From: the human T2T-CHM13v2.0 reference genome, Homo sapiens | Direction: 5' to 3' (one strand) | DNA length: 64,000 bases | Assembly: GCF_009914755.1 (NCBI RefSeq) | Contig: NC_060936.1 | Shown here: piece after piece, positions 62,946-64,000 of the stretch | Layout of the letters: every line of letters begins with the position of its first letter | Numbering within the stretch: position 1 is the first letter of the stretch | Position numbers and translations under genes: made by a program | The notes under the pieces: model-generated | Databases searched by the model: none | What the model saw: only the letters and a program-made list of their open reading frames with translations | Told to the model about the DNA's origin: nothing

Positions 62946-63584
62946 AGAGACAAAAAGTTCATTAGCACTTAAACATGCTTTTCAGAAAATGACTAATTAT
63001 CAAAAACTAGCAATTGTGATACTAGCAAATGAAGAAACGTCAAATGGAGAAGAAATGAAAAACGTTTTTAGAATCCAGGACACACATTTACAAGAATGTA
63101 AAATATTGTGAAAATAATTTGGAGGAGAATTATGATTAAATTATTTGAGACTTGAATTACCTGCAGTAAATTCAGCTGCGTATCGGTTGTTAGGCATTTT
63201 ATCATTACTAATCCTGTTACCATCTTTGTTGAATAAGAGATTCATACTTGATATACAAGGTCCATACATTTGTAAATAATTCATTATTATATTAGTTTGC
63301 AAGAGTCATGATTTTGCCAGAATTTATCCAAAATGGTCTATTGGTAATCCCAGAGAGTAGCAGAGGCATTGGGCAGTGAAGCTAACAGGCGGTGCTAAAG
63401 CCAGCATGAGCAAGTGCTGGGTGGTAGGAAAATAGAACTCAGGCAGTAGTGAGGGCAAATAGGAGCAGACAGGGCAGACCTAGAAGGAGACAGCAAGTAA
63501 GAGGCTTAGGAGGCTGGAGGAGCAGAGACTAAGGAACGCTCCCCTGGCATCATGCAGCATTATTACATAAGTGTTAGTAATTTC

Positions 63585-63800
63585 AAATAGTTATAACTAT
63601 TTTAGATATACCATGTGCTAGCTACTGTTGTAGTATGCTCACTAGAATTTAATACTTGAATCCTCACAGCAACCTAGGTGGATACTATTATGAATCCTAT
63701 GAATTTTCATTTATAGATGACAAAATTGAAGTACAGGGAAAGTAAGTCATTCACCCAGCTGATCATCAGTAAATGGAAAAGCCATGATTTGACCTCAGGA
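63585..63800 (-). mobile_element. MIR
   Basis: taccatgtgctag...aatcctcacagcaaccta...catttatagatgacaaaattga. Confidence 0.75.
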
Positions 63801-64000
63801 AAATGAGGGTTATTTGACAGGGCTGACTTGAAGAATGTTTAGATTGCTGTAGAACTGTATTTAGTGCTTAACGATATATAATAACTGATACAATTGGTAT
63901 CCAAACAGCCGAATGTCATGCTTTTAGGGATCAAGGAAAGTTGCCTAAGTGTGCATGTGCCTAGCATTTGAGTTTTGATACGGATGATCATACCAGAAAA

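Overview
Primate (human-like) non-coding genomic DNA, most plausibly the interior of one large intron of a gene read on the + strand (the + strand looks T-rich by eye, the clearest L1 pieces are antisense, and the best exon-like signals are on +). No convincing protein-coding exon was found and I cannot name the host gene. About 45 Alu elements or fragments cover roughly a fifth of the window. There is also a complete solo LTR12C (37744-39159), a 5'-truncated young L1PA with its target-site duplication (TSD), a MER21-family LTR, several MER DNA-transposon fossils, MIR/L2/L1M remnants and a tailless 5S rRNA retro-fragment. Nearly all supplied ORFs are Alu, LTR or L1 artefacts. I see no evidence for a wholly new biological system. 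The best leads are (i) a polyadenylated, TSD-flanked insert of about 190 bp of ancient L1-like DNA nested inside a younger Alu (candidate orphan transduction or retrocopy), and (ii) Alu-free blocks ending in consensus splice donors (14588, 46749, possibly 10070), which together with the sense LTR12C could be a series of alternative intronic promoters/first exons. Repeat boundaries and subfamily calls are by eye (about +/-10 bp for Alus, looser for old repeats).
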